The notes under the pieces were generated by a model. It did no database searches. It was not told the DNA's origin and saw nothing but the letters and a program-made list of their open reading frames with translations. DNA of 64,000 nucleotides, taken from the NCBI GenBank assembly GCA_963666485.2, contig CAXXUO010000009.1:192001-256000 (forward strand), read 5' to 3'. The translations under genes were made by a program, and so were the position numbers. Origin of the DNA: Syntrophorhabdaceae bacterium (GTDB lineage Bacteria; Desulfobacterota; Syntrophorhabdia; Syntrophorhabdales; Syntrophorhabdaceae). This document shows, piece after piece, positions 19,240-28,918 of the stretch (its first letter is position 1; each line of letters begins with the position of its first letter).

Positions 19240-19530
19240 CTAGTACGGGTACACGTACACCGGCGCGGGTGGCGGGTAGTAGTAATAAACCCTGGGCGGA
19301 GGTGGCGGAGGCGCTACGTACACCGGTGCCGGGCGTATTGCGCTTCCCACGATGGCGCCTGCAACAAACCCTCCGAGAGCCGCGCCGCCATATCCCCAGC
19401 CGTAATAGGGGCCGCCATAATAACGGCCATGGTACGGCCCGCCATAATATCCCCTGGCCTCGCTTATGACCGGCGATACGATCACCAGCAGCATGGCAAG
19501 TACCACTATAATCACCATCATAGACTTCAT
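19240..19530 (-). CDS. Small secreted Gly/Tyr/Pro-rich protein
   Basis: GGAGG RBS; signal peptide ending SEA; YYGGPY repeats, glycine-zipper segment, poly-Pro tail. Confidence 0.75.
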   Translation of the reverse strand: MKSMMVIIVVLAMLLVIVSPVISEARGYYGGPYHGRYYGGPYYGWGYGGAALGGFVAGAIVGSAIRPAPVYVAPPPPPPRVYYYYPPPAPVYVYPY

Positions 19531-19569
19531 ATCCCCTCCAAAAATACTCAATTTACTGCGGAATAAATA

Positions 19570-19585
19570 AGCAAAAATGATACCA
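19570..19585 (-). promoter_or_regulatory. Sigma54 -24/-12 promoter TGGTATCATTTTTGCT
   Basis: GG-N10-GC with TGG and TTGCT, about 40 nt upstream of ATG 19530. Confidence 0.65.
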
Positions 19586-19778
19586 CATGGGTTTGCCTCG
19601 CCGAACTATTCAAAATTGCAGATATTTCGTAATTCCGGCCCTGTATCTTTCATCCAAAACAGGCAAGATTTGTCGACATTGGTTTGGTCGAACGACAATT
19701 GCGTCGACGACGATTGACAAGGTGCTTAAAAACATACTAAGGTAAAACAACTGCGACAACATCAGGAGGAGGCGTATC

Positions 19779-21104
19779 GTGTCCATGAACATACGGGAAC
19801 CGGTAATAACCGTCGGGATCGCTGATATGCAGGCTGGCGTGACGGGACGGCTCAATGGAAATTTCCTCATCGGGGGGACCGGCCTTTTGTCCGGCCCGTT
19901 CCGCGCGTCAGTGGACAAAGAAGGCGTCCTTCTTTTCGACGAAGGCGACCGCGTTGTCGCTCATGCCCCTTCTGTGCGCCTCGTGGCCAACGAAGGCTCG
20001 ACGTTCCGCATATCGGACGTGACGATCGGGATCCGCTTCCACTGGGAACGCAAAGAAGACCAGGTGTTCGAGGGAAACCTCGTCCTGACCGCACGCGACG
20101 CCGGCCATATGGCAATCATCAATGAAATATCACTCGAGAATTACCTCGTGAGCGTCATATCGTCTGAAATGAGCGGGACGGCGCCGGGTGAATTTCTCAA
20201 GGCCCATTCCATTATCTCACGCAGCTGGCTCCTCGCGGCTCTTGACCGGAAGGTGGCAGGAAAAACACCGGACGGGCGGCCCCCGACCGATGAGCTCATA
20301 CGCTGGTACAACCGGGAGGACCACGACATTTTCGATGTCTGCGCCGATGACCACTGCCAGCGGTACCAGGGCATTACAAAGATAATTTCGGACATGGCGG
20401 CGCATGCGGTGAGCGAGACGCGCGGGCACGTCATCGCCTATGGCGGCAAGGTCTGCGATGCCCGGTATTTCAAGGCGTGCGGCGGTATTACCGAGAATTA
20501 CGAAACGGCCTGGGAAGATACCCCGATACCCTACCTCGTCAGCATCAGCGACTCACCGAACGCCCTGCCGGCGGTTGCCTCCGAGGGCAAGGCCGCACAA
20601 TGGATCCAAAGTTCGCCGGATGTGTACTGCAACACACAGGATGAGGAGCTGCTCGCAGAGATGCTGCCTGGCTATGACCGGGAAACGGCGCATTTTTTTC
20701 GCTGGAAGGTCGAGTATACGCGAAGCCAGCTTGAAGAGATAATCAGGCAGAAATCGGGGATCGACTTCGGTACGCTCCATGATCTTGCACCGCTCGAGCG
20801 GGGACCGTCCGGAAGGATAAAGCGCCTGAAGATAAGCGGCTCGAAACAGAGCATCGTCATCGGGAAGGAACTCGAGATCCGCAGATGGCTCTCGCCCACC
20901 CATCTTTACAGCAGCGCTTTCATCGTGTCGGTTGACTCGGGGGCGGATGGTAGTCCGGAACGCTTCACATTTAACGGCGCGGGATGGGGACACGGTGTCG
21001 GCCTGTGCCAGATAGGGGCAGCCGTCATGGCAAAGAAAGGGTTCACGGCCCGGGAGATCCTGGCCCATTATTTTACCGGCGCCGAGATCACGAAGATCTA
21101 TTAA
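19779..21104 (+). CDS. SpoIID/LytB-domain protein (putative lytic transglycosylase)
   Basis: LENYLVSVISSEM, LKAHSIISRS, DVCADDHCQRYQG, GWGHGVGLCQIGA, ILAHYF. Confidence 0.92.
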   Translation: MSMNIREPVITVGIADMQAGVTGRLNGNFLIGGTGLLSGPFRASVDKEGVLLFDEGDRVVAHAPSVRLVANEGSTFRISDVTIGIRFHWERKEDQVFEGNLVLTARDAGHMAIINEISLENYLVSVISSEMSGTAPGEFLKAHSIISRSWLLAALDRKVAGKTPDGRPPTDELIRWYNREDHDIFDVCADDHCQRYQGITKIISDMAAHAVSETRGHVIAYGGKVCDARYFKACGGITENYETAWEDTPIPYLVSISDSPNALPAVASEGKAAQWIQSSPDVYCNTQDEELLAEMLPGYDRETAHFFRWKVEYTRSQLEEIIRQKSGIDFGTLHDLAPLERGPSGRIKRLKISGSKQSIVIGKELEIRRWLSPTHLYSSAFIVSVDSGADGSPERFTFNGAGWGHGVGLCQIGAAVMAKKGFTAREILAHYFTGAEITKIY

Positions 21105-21125
21105 ACCGATGCATCAGCAGGACCG

Positions 21126-21869
21126 ATGATACGAAAACGCTTCAAAACGGCCTTTATCCTCGCCGCAGGACTGGGCACGCGCCTGCGCCCGCTTACTCAC
21201 CACGTCCCCAAGCCCCTCCTGCCGATCGGCGGCCGGCCGATCATCACCTATGCGATGGACCATCTGCTGACGATTGGCGTAGAGCGCTTCATTGTCAACA
21301 CGCACCACCTCCCCGAAAAATATTTGGAGGCATTTCCCGGCCGGATATGGCGGGGGGCCCCGATACTATTCAGGCATGAACCCACCCTTCTCGACACCGG
21401 GGGCGGGCTCAAGAATATCGAAGACCTCCTCGGGGACGACGAGGCCATACTTTGTTACAATGGCGACATCATGTGCGACATGCCCCTGCGGCCCCTGATC
21501 GAGGCGCACGAGGCGGCAGGGTGCGAGGCGACCCTTGCCCTGAGAACGCAGGGGCCGAACCTCAACGTAGATATAGACCGGTCGGGTGCAATATGCGACA
21601 TGCGCCTGAGGCTCAACCGGCCGGGGGCCGCAACATGCCTTTTTACCGGCATCTACGCGGTCGAAAGGTCCTTTATTGACGCGATCGACACGCTGAGGAT
21701 CGAGTCGATCGTCGAGATCTTCTTAAGGAGGATCATCGCGGCCCCGGGCTCGATACGGGGGGCTATCATCGATTCCGGGGATTGGGACGATGTCGGCTCG
21801 GTTGCAGTGTACGAGAGGCTTTCGGGACAAACGTCATACCCCGAAGGAAAAAACGAGGATGTCCTATGA
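21126..21869 (+). CDS. Sugar-1-phosphate nucleotidyltransferase, MurU-like
   Basis: AFILAAGLGTRLRPLT..PKPL, LLDTGGGL, YNGDI; adjacent to an AmgK-like kinase. Confidence 0.85.
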   Translation: MIRKRFKTAFILAAGLGTRLRPLTHHVPKPLLPIGGRPIITYAMDHLLTIGVERFIVNTHHLPEKYLEAFPGRIWRGAPILFRHEPTLLDTGGGLKNIEDLLGDDEAILCYNGDIMCDMPLRPLIEAHEAAGCEATLALRTQGPNLNVDIDRSGAICDMRLRLNRPGAATCLFTGIYAVERSFIDAIDTLRIESIVEIFLRRIIAAPGSIRGAIIDSGDWDDVGSVAVYERLSGQTSYPEGKNEDVL

Positions 21870-22861
21870 CAGATGAGATCGAGATCGCTGCCTTCGCCCG
21901 CACCGCAGCTAACGTCAGAGAACCGCAGGACATTGTCGTCAGGCCGCTTTCCGCGCGCGGCTCTGACCGGGTGTTCTACCGGGTCCATTATGATACGAAG
22001 ACCGCCATCGGGATACACTACGATACGAACCGGACGGAAAATGCGTACTACGCGGATATCGCTGTCTTTCTCAAGAAGATGCGGCTGCCGGTCCCCGGCC
22101 TTATCGCCCACGACCCTGAGAAGCATCTCATGCTGCTGGAAGACCTTGGCGATGCGGACCTCTTTTCGCTAAGCAATTCCCCCTGGCCGGAGAGGCGTGT
22201 TCTCTACCAGAAAACGCTCGGGGCCGCGCAAAGGCTGCACAGGCTGACGGAAAAGGATCTTCCCCCGGGCGCCCCCCGGCTCATGGAGGGGTTCGATGCC
22301 GCGCTCTACCGGTGGGAGCAGGATTATTTCCTCGACAACCTCGTCGGGCAATGCTGCAAAATTGACCTCGAACCCGCTTTCGAGTCAAAACTCCGGGCCG
22401 AGCTGGCCGGGCTTACCGGAAGACTCTGCGCGCTCCCGCGATGCCTTGTCCATCGCGACCTCCAGTCCCGGAACATTATGGTCCGCGACGGCGAACCGTA
22501 CTTTATCGATTTCCAGGGGATGCGGCTCGGGAACCCGTTCTATGACCTCGCATCGCTCCTGTGCGACCCGTATGTTTCGATCCCGGACGAAGGCCGGGAA
22601 GAGCTCCTTTCATTCTATTACGTCCTTTCATCCCAGGAACTCGACTGGGATGCATTCCTCAACGCTTTCTGGGATGCAGCCGCCGAGCGCCTGATGCAGG
22701 CCCTCGGCGCCTACGGTTTCCTGGGAAAAGTAAAGGGGCTCAAGGATTTCCTCGGGTCTATCCCGCCGGGCCTCAATAATCTGAATGCCGCACTGTCCCA
22801 CACCCCGTCCCTCGCGTCCTTGCGCGACGTGACCCTGCTTTGCCAGGTTGCGATCGGGTAA
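21866..22861 (+). CDS. Aminoglycoside-phosphotransferase-fold kinase, AmgK-like anomeric amino-sugar kinase
   Basis: GSDRVFYR, LLEDLGD, HRDLQSRNIM, IDFQG, YDLASLL, ALGAYGFL; ATGA overlap with the upstream gene. Confidence 0.85.
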   Translation: MTDEIEIAAFARTAANVREPQDIVVRPLSARGSDRVFYRVHYDTKTAIGIHYDTNRTENAYYADIAVFLKKMRLPVPGLIAHDPEKHLMLLEDLGDADLFSLSNSPWPERRVLYQKTLGAAQRLHRLTEKDLPPGAPRLMEGFDAALYRWEQDYFLDNLVGQCCKIDLEPAFESKLRAELAGLTGRLCALPRCLVHRDLQSRNIMVRDGEPYFIDFQGMRLGNPFYDLASLLCDPYVSIPDEGREELLSFYYVLSSQELDWDAFLNAFWDAAAERLMQALGAYGFLGKVKGLKDFLGSIPPGLNNLNAALSHTPSLASLRDVTLLCQVAIG

Positions 22862-22937
22862 ATATCCGCCTGCACGGCAGGGAACATGACGGTCTTTCTT
22901 TAAAAATCCGGCCGGTCATGCTAGGATATGGGGAAAA

Positions 22938-24407
22938 ATGAGACCTGTAACAGCTGTCTGTACATTTAAAGCGGGTACCATGTTCCTGCCAGCCTTAAGG
23001 CGCCTTATCGCTTCGGAAATGATCGAAGAAGTGCTGATCGTGACACGTGAGCAGATACCCGAGGTATTGCCCCGATGCAGCATTGTCGATACCGGCGGGT
23101 TCGCGTCTCGGGCCACGCTGCGAAGGGTACTCGACAAAACGAGGACGGAATACCTTCTTTTTATCCCCGGCATCATCCCGGTGCTCCCGGGGTCAATTAC
23201 CCTGGAAAAAATGATCGAAGCGGCACGGTCAATGAACGCGGCGTTCATCTATTCCGATTTTTACGAAGACAACGGCAAGGGCAAGACATTCCATCCCCTG
23301 ACCGACTACCAGGCAGGAAGCGTCCGCGACGATTTCGACTTCGGTCATCTCGTCCTGCTGAGCGTACCCGGTATACGCAAGGCGCTCGGCTTCTTCGGGG
23401 ATACCCCTGCCTGCCGTCACGGGGCGCTTTACGACCTTCGCCTCAAGCTATCCATCGACCAGGGCATCTACCGTATCCCGGAAGCCCTGTACAGCATCGT
23501 CACGCATCGCAGCGATCAGGACGGGATGTCGCTTTTTGCATACGTCGACCCACGCAACCAGCAGGTCCAGAAGGAGATGGAATCGATATTTACGGACCAT
23601 TTAAAAAGGATCGGCGCGTATATACCGCCGCAGCGGCTCACACTGATGCAGGAACCTTCAGATCCTTTCCCCGTCAAGGCCTCGGTCATAATCCCTGTCA
23701 GGAACAGGAGACATACGATCGCCGATGCGATACACAGCGCCCTCGCGCAGGAAGCGGATTTCACATTCAATATAATCGTTATAGACAACCATTCCACAGA
23801 CGGCACAACGGATATCGTTGCGGACCTTGCACAAAAGAACTCTGCGGTGGTGCATATCGTCCCCGACCGGCACGACCTCGGCATCGGCGGATGCTGGAAC
23901 CTCGGCATCAACGACAGGGCATGCGGCCGCTATGCCGTCCAGCTCGATTCGGACGACCTGTATGAAAACCACCTGGTGCTCGAGAGTATCGTCGATACGA
24001 TACGCGACGGCAGTTACGCCATGGTTGTCGGTTCCTATACTATCGTGAACGAACACCTCGACCAGATCCCGCCGGGCCTTATCGATCACCGGGAATGGAC
24101 GGATGTGAACGGCCATAACAACGCGCTCAGGGTGAACGGGCTCGGCGCTCCGCGCGCTTTCAGCACAACCGTCATGCGCAGGATCGGTTTTTTGAATGTC
24201 AGTTATGGAGAAGATTACGCGGCTGCACTTCGTATATCGCGCCAGTATAAAGTAGGCAGGATATACGAAAGCCTTTACCTGTGCCGGAGGTGGTCAGGCA
24301 ACACCGACGCCGGGCTTCAGATAGAAGCATCCAATAACAATAATGTCTTCAAGGATTCCCTGCGCAGCGAGGAAATAACCGCGCGCCAGGAACTCGCGCA
24401 AAAATGA
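22938..24407 (+). CDS. Family 2 glycosyltransferase with a duplicated (degenerate N-terminal) GT-A region
   Basis: SVIIPVRNR, IDNHSTDGT, QLDSDD, YGEDY. Confidence 0.88.
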   Translation: MRPVTAVCTFKAGTMFLPALRRLIASEMIEEVLIVTREQIPEVLPRCSIVDTGGFASRATLRRVLDKTRTEYLLFIPGIIPVLPGSITLEKMIEAARSMNAAFIYSDFYEDNGKGKTFHPLTDYQAGSVRDDFDFGHLVLLSVPGIRKALGFFGDTPACRHGALYDLRLKLSIDQGIYRIPEALYSIVTHRSDQDGMSLFAYVDPRNQQVQKEMESIFTDHLKRIGAYIPPQRLTLMQEPSDPFPVKASVIIPVRNRRHTIADAIHSALAQEADFTFNIIVIDNHSTDGTTDIVADLAQKNSAVVHIVPDRHDLGIGGCWNLGINDRACGRYAVQLDSDDLYENHLVLESIVDTIRDGSYAMVVGSYTIVNEHLDQIPPGLIDHREWTDVNGHNNALRVNGLGAPRAFSTTVMRRIGFLNVSYGEDYAAALRISRQYKVGRIYESLYLCRRWSGNTDAGLQIEASNNNNVFKDSLRSEEITARQELAQK

Positions 24408-25369
24408 AAGATGCCTCGCATGATCGTGTGCTGGCACACTTCACGGGTGCCGGTGATGGGCCCTCCCCCCTCGGCCGGATATGCCGGCAGCTTGTCGACG
24501 AACAGCAGGGCTCCTGGCCCGAGCTCAGGTCGGCCTGCGAATCGCTCGGTGACGCACGGCAGCGCGATATCGCATGTTCCGGTTTCTCGGTCCGGCTTAT
24601 GTATAACCCGGGAAGGTCCATCAACACCCTTGCCGCGGTCACGCCGGAAAAGATCAGTGAAAGGCCCTGTTTTCTCTGTGCGGCGAATTTGCCCGCGGAA
24701 CAAAAAGCGGTCCTGTACAGGGACAGTTTTCACATCCTGGCGAACCCGAGACCTGTCGTTCCCTACCACCTTACCGTCGCGGACACCGCGCACCGGCCCC
24801 AGTCCCTGTATGAAAGCATCGACCATTTTCTCCTCCTGACACACGATATCGCCCCGGGCTTTACGACGCTCTATAACGGCCCCCGGTGCGGGGCGTCCGC
24901 CCCGGACCACCTGCATTTCCAGGCGGTACCGTCAGGCAGCATACCGGTCGAAAAGGAGATCGCCGCCCGGCAGAAATTTTCCGTCGTGGACAGGGATGAA
25001 CACGTCATCGTTTCATCGGGCCGTGGACTCGGCAGGGAAATAATGCTCATAGAAGGCGCCGATGCCCGTGATGTTTCCCATGCTTTCCGGGAACTGATCG
25101 ATACATACCGTCTGCGAACGGACGATGGCGACGAACCCATGATCAATGTCATGGGCCGCTGCATACATGACAGCTTCTGCCTCGCCGTTTTTCCGCGCCG
25201 CGCCCACCGTCCTGCCGCTTTCTTCCGGCAGGACGATCAAAGGATAATGGTGAGCCCCGCGGTCATGGAGATGGGAGGCATGATCGTTACCCCTTCCGAA
25301 ACGGATTTTTACCGCCTCACTGCAGACATGATCGAATCGATTTACAGGGAAGTATCCTTGATGCCGTAA
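24404..25369 (+). CDS. DUF4922-like HIT-superfamily nucleotidyl phosphorylase/transferase
   Basis: YNPGR, RPCFLC, NPRP, YNGPRCGASAPDHLHFQ (HxHxQ), SPAVMEMGG. Confidence 0.8.
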   Translation: MKDASHDRVLAHFTGAGDGPSPLGRICRQLVDEQQGSWPELRSACESLGDARQRDIACSGFSVRLMYNPGRSINTLAAVTPEKISERPCFLCAANLPAEQKAVLYRDSFHILANPRPVVPYHLTVADTAHRPQSLYESIDHFLLLTHDIAPGFTTLYNGPRCGASAPDHLHFQAVPSGSIPVEKEIAARQKFSVVDRDEHVIVSSGRGLGREIMLIEGADARDVSHAFRELIDTYRLRTDDGDEPMINVMGRCIHDSFCLAVFPRRAHRPAAFFRQDDQRIMVSPAVMEMGGMIVTPSETDFYRLTADMIESIYREVSLMP

Positions 25370-25510
25370 GGCGTGAGCGCGTAAGGCGTGAGCGCGTAAG
25401 GCGTGAGCGCGTAAGGCGTAAGGCGTTAAAGCGAGACATCGGCCCCCCCATAAAACTAAAGATGATTTTCAGATAATTGCGCCTCACGCCCTACGCCTTA
25501 CGCCTTACGG
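25365..25510. repeat. Inverted arrays (CGTAAGGCGTGAGCG)3(CGTAAGG)2 ... (CGCCYYA)4
   Basis: 25365-25427 and 25480-25510; the upstream gene's TAA lies inside the first unit. Confidence 0.9.
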
Positions 25511-25604
25511 TTCAAACATCCGCGCGGTGCCGCTCTTGACAACCCCCTGTTGCTTCCTAGATTTCCTTAGTATGCATAGTCAATTAAAAAGGAGGTGACG
25601 CACG

Positions 25605-25979
25605 ATGACTGAGAGATCACGTATATTTTCTTTATTTCTGGCAGTTATCCTGTTCCTGACATGGTGTCCCATCGTACTGGCCGTGGACAGGGAAGATCGG
25701 AAGGAATTTGAAAAACACGCGAAAAAGGAATTGCAGTCCATGGATAAGAAGATCAAGGCTCTCAAGTCGAAAATTTCCCGGCTGGAAAAAGATGCCAGGA
25801 AAGATTACGACGCGATGTTAGCCGATCTCGAACAGAAGCGGGAACATGCCGGAAAGAAATGGCAGGAGGTGAAAAAGGCCGGATCGGAAAAATGGGACCA
25901 GGCCAAAGCTGACCTCAATTCCGCCATGAAAGAGCTCAAAGAGTCATATGACAGGGCCGCTTCGCGAATGGAAAAATGA
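25605..25979 (+). CDS. Secreted coiled-coil hypothetical protein
   Basis: AGGAGG RBS; signal peptide VLA; K/E/A-rich amphipathic helices. Confidence 0.8.
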   Translation: MTERSRIFSLFLAVILFLTWCPIVLAVDREDRKEFEKHAKKELQSMDKKIKALKSKISRLEKDARKDYDAMLADLEQKREHAGKKWQEVKKAGSEKWDQAKADLNSAMKELKESYDRAASRMEK

Positions 25980-26042
25980 GGATGGCAGGCAATAATAGTT
26001 CGGGAGGCATTTCGACGAGAGGACCACTATATGAAAAACACC

Positions 26043-26076
26043 GGCCGAAGCCATCATAAAGCTTCGGCCTTTTTTT
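26043..26076 (+). terminator. Intrinsic terminator
   Basis: GGCCGAAGC-N9-GCTTCGGCC followed by T7. Confidence 0.8.
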
Positions 26077-26193
26077 GTCATGGTCCTTCCACTACCCTTC
26101 CTGCAACAATCTATCCCCGATATTTAAGTAAAGCCCGGAACAGGCGAAAACCCTTGAAAGCAAGGTTCACCACAATGAATCCTCCGGGAGGGA

Positions 26194-27810
26194 ATGATGA
26201 AGCTGCAGAATATCAGGATAGGAAAACGGCTTGCGGGAGGTTTTGCGATCTTTATCGTGATCATCGTTTTCCTGTGCATCATCAGTTACAAGAACATGTC
26301 CGATACGGATGCGAGGGCCAATGAGATCACAAATATCAATTTTCAAAAGGCAATGATGGCCAATGCGATCCTGACGAACCTTCAATTCATCAACAAGGAA
26401 ACGGGCAAAGCGGTCTATAATAAAGATGCATCGCCGTTGAAGGCGGTAGCGGAAAAAAGGAAGCTCTATATTGCCGCCCTTGAAAAACTCGAAAAGCTGG
26501 AAACCGAACCGGAGGGAAAGGCGATACTCCAGAGGTTCAAGAAGACAGTGGGGGAGGCCCGCGCCAGCAATGTAAAGCTCGGCGAAACGATACAGGCGGG
26601 CGATTTCAAGGCCGCGGCCCCGCTCTACAGTTCCGAGGTCGACCCCGCGGTCTCGAAATTTGTCGCGATCATCTCTGAGCTTATCCAACACTACGAAAAG
26701 GGCATCGACACGAAATACACCGAGATCGTCAATTCCAACCACAGGGTGAAGGTCATACTCGTCACCTTCGGCCTTATTTCGATCATCTTCTGTATCCTTA
26801 TCAGCGTTGTGATCACCCGGAGCATCACCGTTCCCATCCAGAAGAATATAGACGTGGCGCAGACCCTCGCCGACGGGAACCTCTCGGTCGATCTCGAAAT
26901 GGACCGCCGGGATGAGCTGGGCGACGAGATGCGGGCATTTCACACCATGGTCGACAAATGGAAGAAGCTGATATCCGAGGTAAAAATGTCCGCCTCCAGT
27001 GTCGCGTCGGCAAGCCATGAACTCAGCGTCAGTGCTGACCAGCTGGCAAAGGGCGGGACGGAGCAGGTCGAAAGGACGATCCAGGTCTCCACGGCGTCGG
27101 AGGAGATGTCGCAGGCATCCCTTGACATAGCGCGCAACGCGAACAATATATCCGATTCGGCAAAGGACATGGTCACTATTGCGGAACATGGCAACGGCAT
27201 TGTGAACAAGTCTGTCGACGAGGTCCGGGAGATCGCGAAGACGGTCCACAGATCGTCCGAGTTCGTGAAAGACCTTGGCAACCAGTCGCAGAAGATAGGC
27301 GAGATCGTGAATGTCATAAACGAGATCGCGGACCAGACAAACCTCCTGGCACTCAATGCCGCCATCGAGGCGGCACGGGCCGGGGAGGCGGGCAGGGGAT
27401 TCGCCGTTGTAGCCGACGAGGTCAAGAAACTTGCGGAGAGAACAAGTAAATCGACCCAGGAGATCGGCAACATGATCGGCTCGATACGAACAGGCGTCGA
27501 CCGTGCCGTCGAATCGATGGGCGAGGCATCACAGAGCGTACAGGTTGGGGTCGAGCTTTCAGGCCAGGCGGGCAGTGCCCTCGTCGAGATACTGCAGAGC
27601 GCGTCCAGTCTCCAGTCGATGGTCCAGCAGATAGCCGCCGCTATCGAGGAGATGAACGCAACGACAAACGAAATCGCCCAGGACATAGAGCAGGTTGCGT
27701 CTGTCACGAAGGAGGCGTCAAATTCTGCCGACCAGGTCACCCAGGCAGCACTGGAGCTGAGCACGCTTTCGGTGAGCCTCGAGAGGTCGGTGGAGGAGTT
27801 CAAGATCTGA
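26194..27810 (+). CDS. Methyl-accepting chemotaxis protein (four-helix periplasmic sensor, HAMP)
   Basis: Two TM helices; [33 protein letters not shown]. Confidence 0.96.
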   Translation: MMKLQNIRIGKRLAGGFAIFIVIIVFLCIISYKNMSDTDARANEITNINFQKAMMANAILTNLQFINKETGKAVYNKDASPLKAVAEKRKLYIAALEKLEKLETEPEGKAILQRFKKTVGEARASNVKLGETIQAGDFKAAAPLYSSEVDPAVSKFVAIISELIQHYEKGIDTKYTEIVNSNHRVKVILVTFGLISIIFCILISVVITRSITVPIQKNIDVAQTLADGNLSVDLEMDRRDELGDEMRAFHTMVDKWKKLISEVKMSASSVASASHELSVSADQLAKGGTEQVERTIQVSTASEEMSQASLDIARNANNISDSAKDMVTIAEHGNGIVNKSVDEVREIAKTVHRSSEFVKDLGNQSQKIGEIVNVINEIADQTNLLALNAAIEAARAGEAGRGFAVVADEVKKLAERTSKSTQEIGNMIGSIRTGVDRAVESMGEASQSVQVGVELSGQAGSALVEILQSASSLQSMVQQIAAAIEEMNATTNEIAQDIEQVASVTKEASNSADQVTQAALELSTLSVSLERSVEEFKI

Positions 27811-27814
27811 AGAC

Positions 27815-27953
27815 CGTAAGGCGTGAGAGCGTAAGGCGTAAGGCGTTATAAAAATAGACAATCATGGAGCGATGGGGGCAGGGATCTTTTCCCTACCCCC
27901 TATTTTCATTATATTCTTTGAGGTTTTTTTGCGTGGAACGTGGAACGTGAAAC
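27815..27953. repeat. Non-matching pair of heptamer arrays: CGTAAGG family (left) and GTGGAAC family (right)
   Basis: 27815-27847 and 27933-27953. Confidence 0.85.
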
Positions 27954-27964
27954 CGGTGTAGTGT

Positions 27965-28198
27965 TTAAAGGCCTCCACACTCCCGCTGGTACGCCGTCGT
28001 CGTCCAGCATGAGCGGAAGAAGGGGCATTCCCGGCACAGGTGAAGCTTTTTCTTTGACCTCAGGTACTGCTTCCCGGAATCCGAGCTCACCTTGTCGTGG
28101 GCCATCTCATCGATACAGGGAGGCGTTCGCGACTTGCAGCCGTGCTTGTTTTCGCAGCCTATACAGTAACCATGCTCCGGTTTTGCGGGGTTCGTCAT
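27965..28198 (-). CDS. Small Cys-rich protein with two CxxCxxxxxC motifs
   Basis: CIGCENKHGC and CRECPFFRSC; ATGA overlap with the upstream gene. Confidence 0.7.
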   Translation of the reverse strand: MTNPAKPEHGYCIGCENKHGCKSRTPPCIDEMAHDKVSSDSGKQYLRSKKKLHLCRECPFFRSCWTTTAYQRECGGL

Positions 28199-28869
28199 GG
28201 AAAGCGGTATCCTGAAAGAGGCATTATGTGGCCTTTCGCGTCGCCTTCATTGACCCACGGGTGCTTCGCTCCCCAGATAGGGAAAAGGCGTTCGTGAAGC
28301 CATGTGAAGGGCAGGTCTGCCTCGGGTTCGTATTTCTCCAGATATTCGATATAGGGATTTCCTGAAAGATCGGTTGCTGACAGAAGGGCGTCATTCTCGC
28401 CGTCAAAATCACAGGCAGGGACCCGGATCCTTGCGCAGAGCGCCTTATCGAATGCCGGGGTTGCGCTTATCCATTTTCCGCGCAGGAATAGCTGCGCGTA
28501 ACCATGGCTCGGCAGGTAGTCGATCCCAATTTGTTCTTTCAATTCGAAGGGCGCGCGATGATTGCGGATCCTGGCGAACGCGAGGCGAGAAGGAATCCCG
28601 CAGCACCGAAGCAGTGCCGCGAAAAGAACGGCCTTTTGCACACAGTAACCTTTTTTCCGCGAAAGAACGACGCTCGCCCTGAAATCATCGATAAATGTCG
28701 AGATCATATAAACGTTATAATGGATCTCGTCACGGACAAAATAGAACAGGGCACGTGCCTTTTCGGCATCGGTCAGGCAATTTTGTGTAAGCATGGCCGC
28801 GGTACGCTGAATGTCCGGGTCTCCGGAATTTATTGTCTCTGTGGGCTTCAGGTAAATAGCGGTTTCCAT
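28195..28869 (-). CDS. Transglutaminase-like superfamily protein
   Basis: FYFVRDEI.Y, GYCVQKAVLFAALLR..GIPSRL, HGY, W..ATPAFD. Confidence 0.9.
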   Translation of the reverse strand: METAIYLKPTETINSGDPDIQRTAAMLTQNCLTDAEKARALFYFVRDEIHYNVYMISTFIDDFRASVVLSRKKGYCVQKAVLFAALLRCCGIPSRLAFARIRNHRAPFELKEQIGIDYLPSHGYAQLFLRGKWISATPAFDKALCARIRVPACDFDGENDALLSATDLSGNPYIEYLEKYEPEADLPFTWLHERLFPIWGAKHPWVNEGDAKGHIMPLSGYRFP

Positions 28870-28918
28870 CTTCTGGCTTATTATAATACCGGGACTGAAA
28901 ATATAACAGGCGGCCCCA

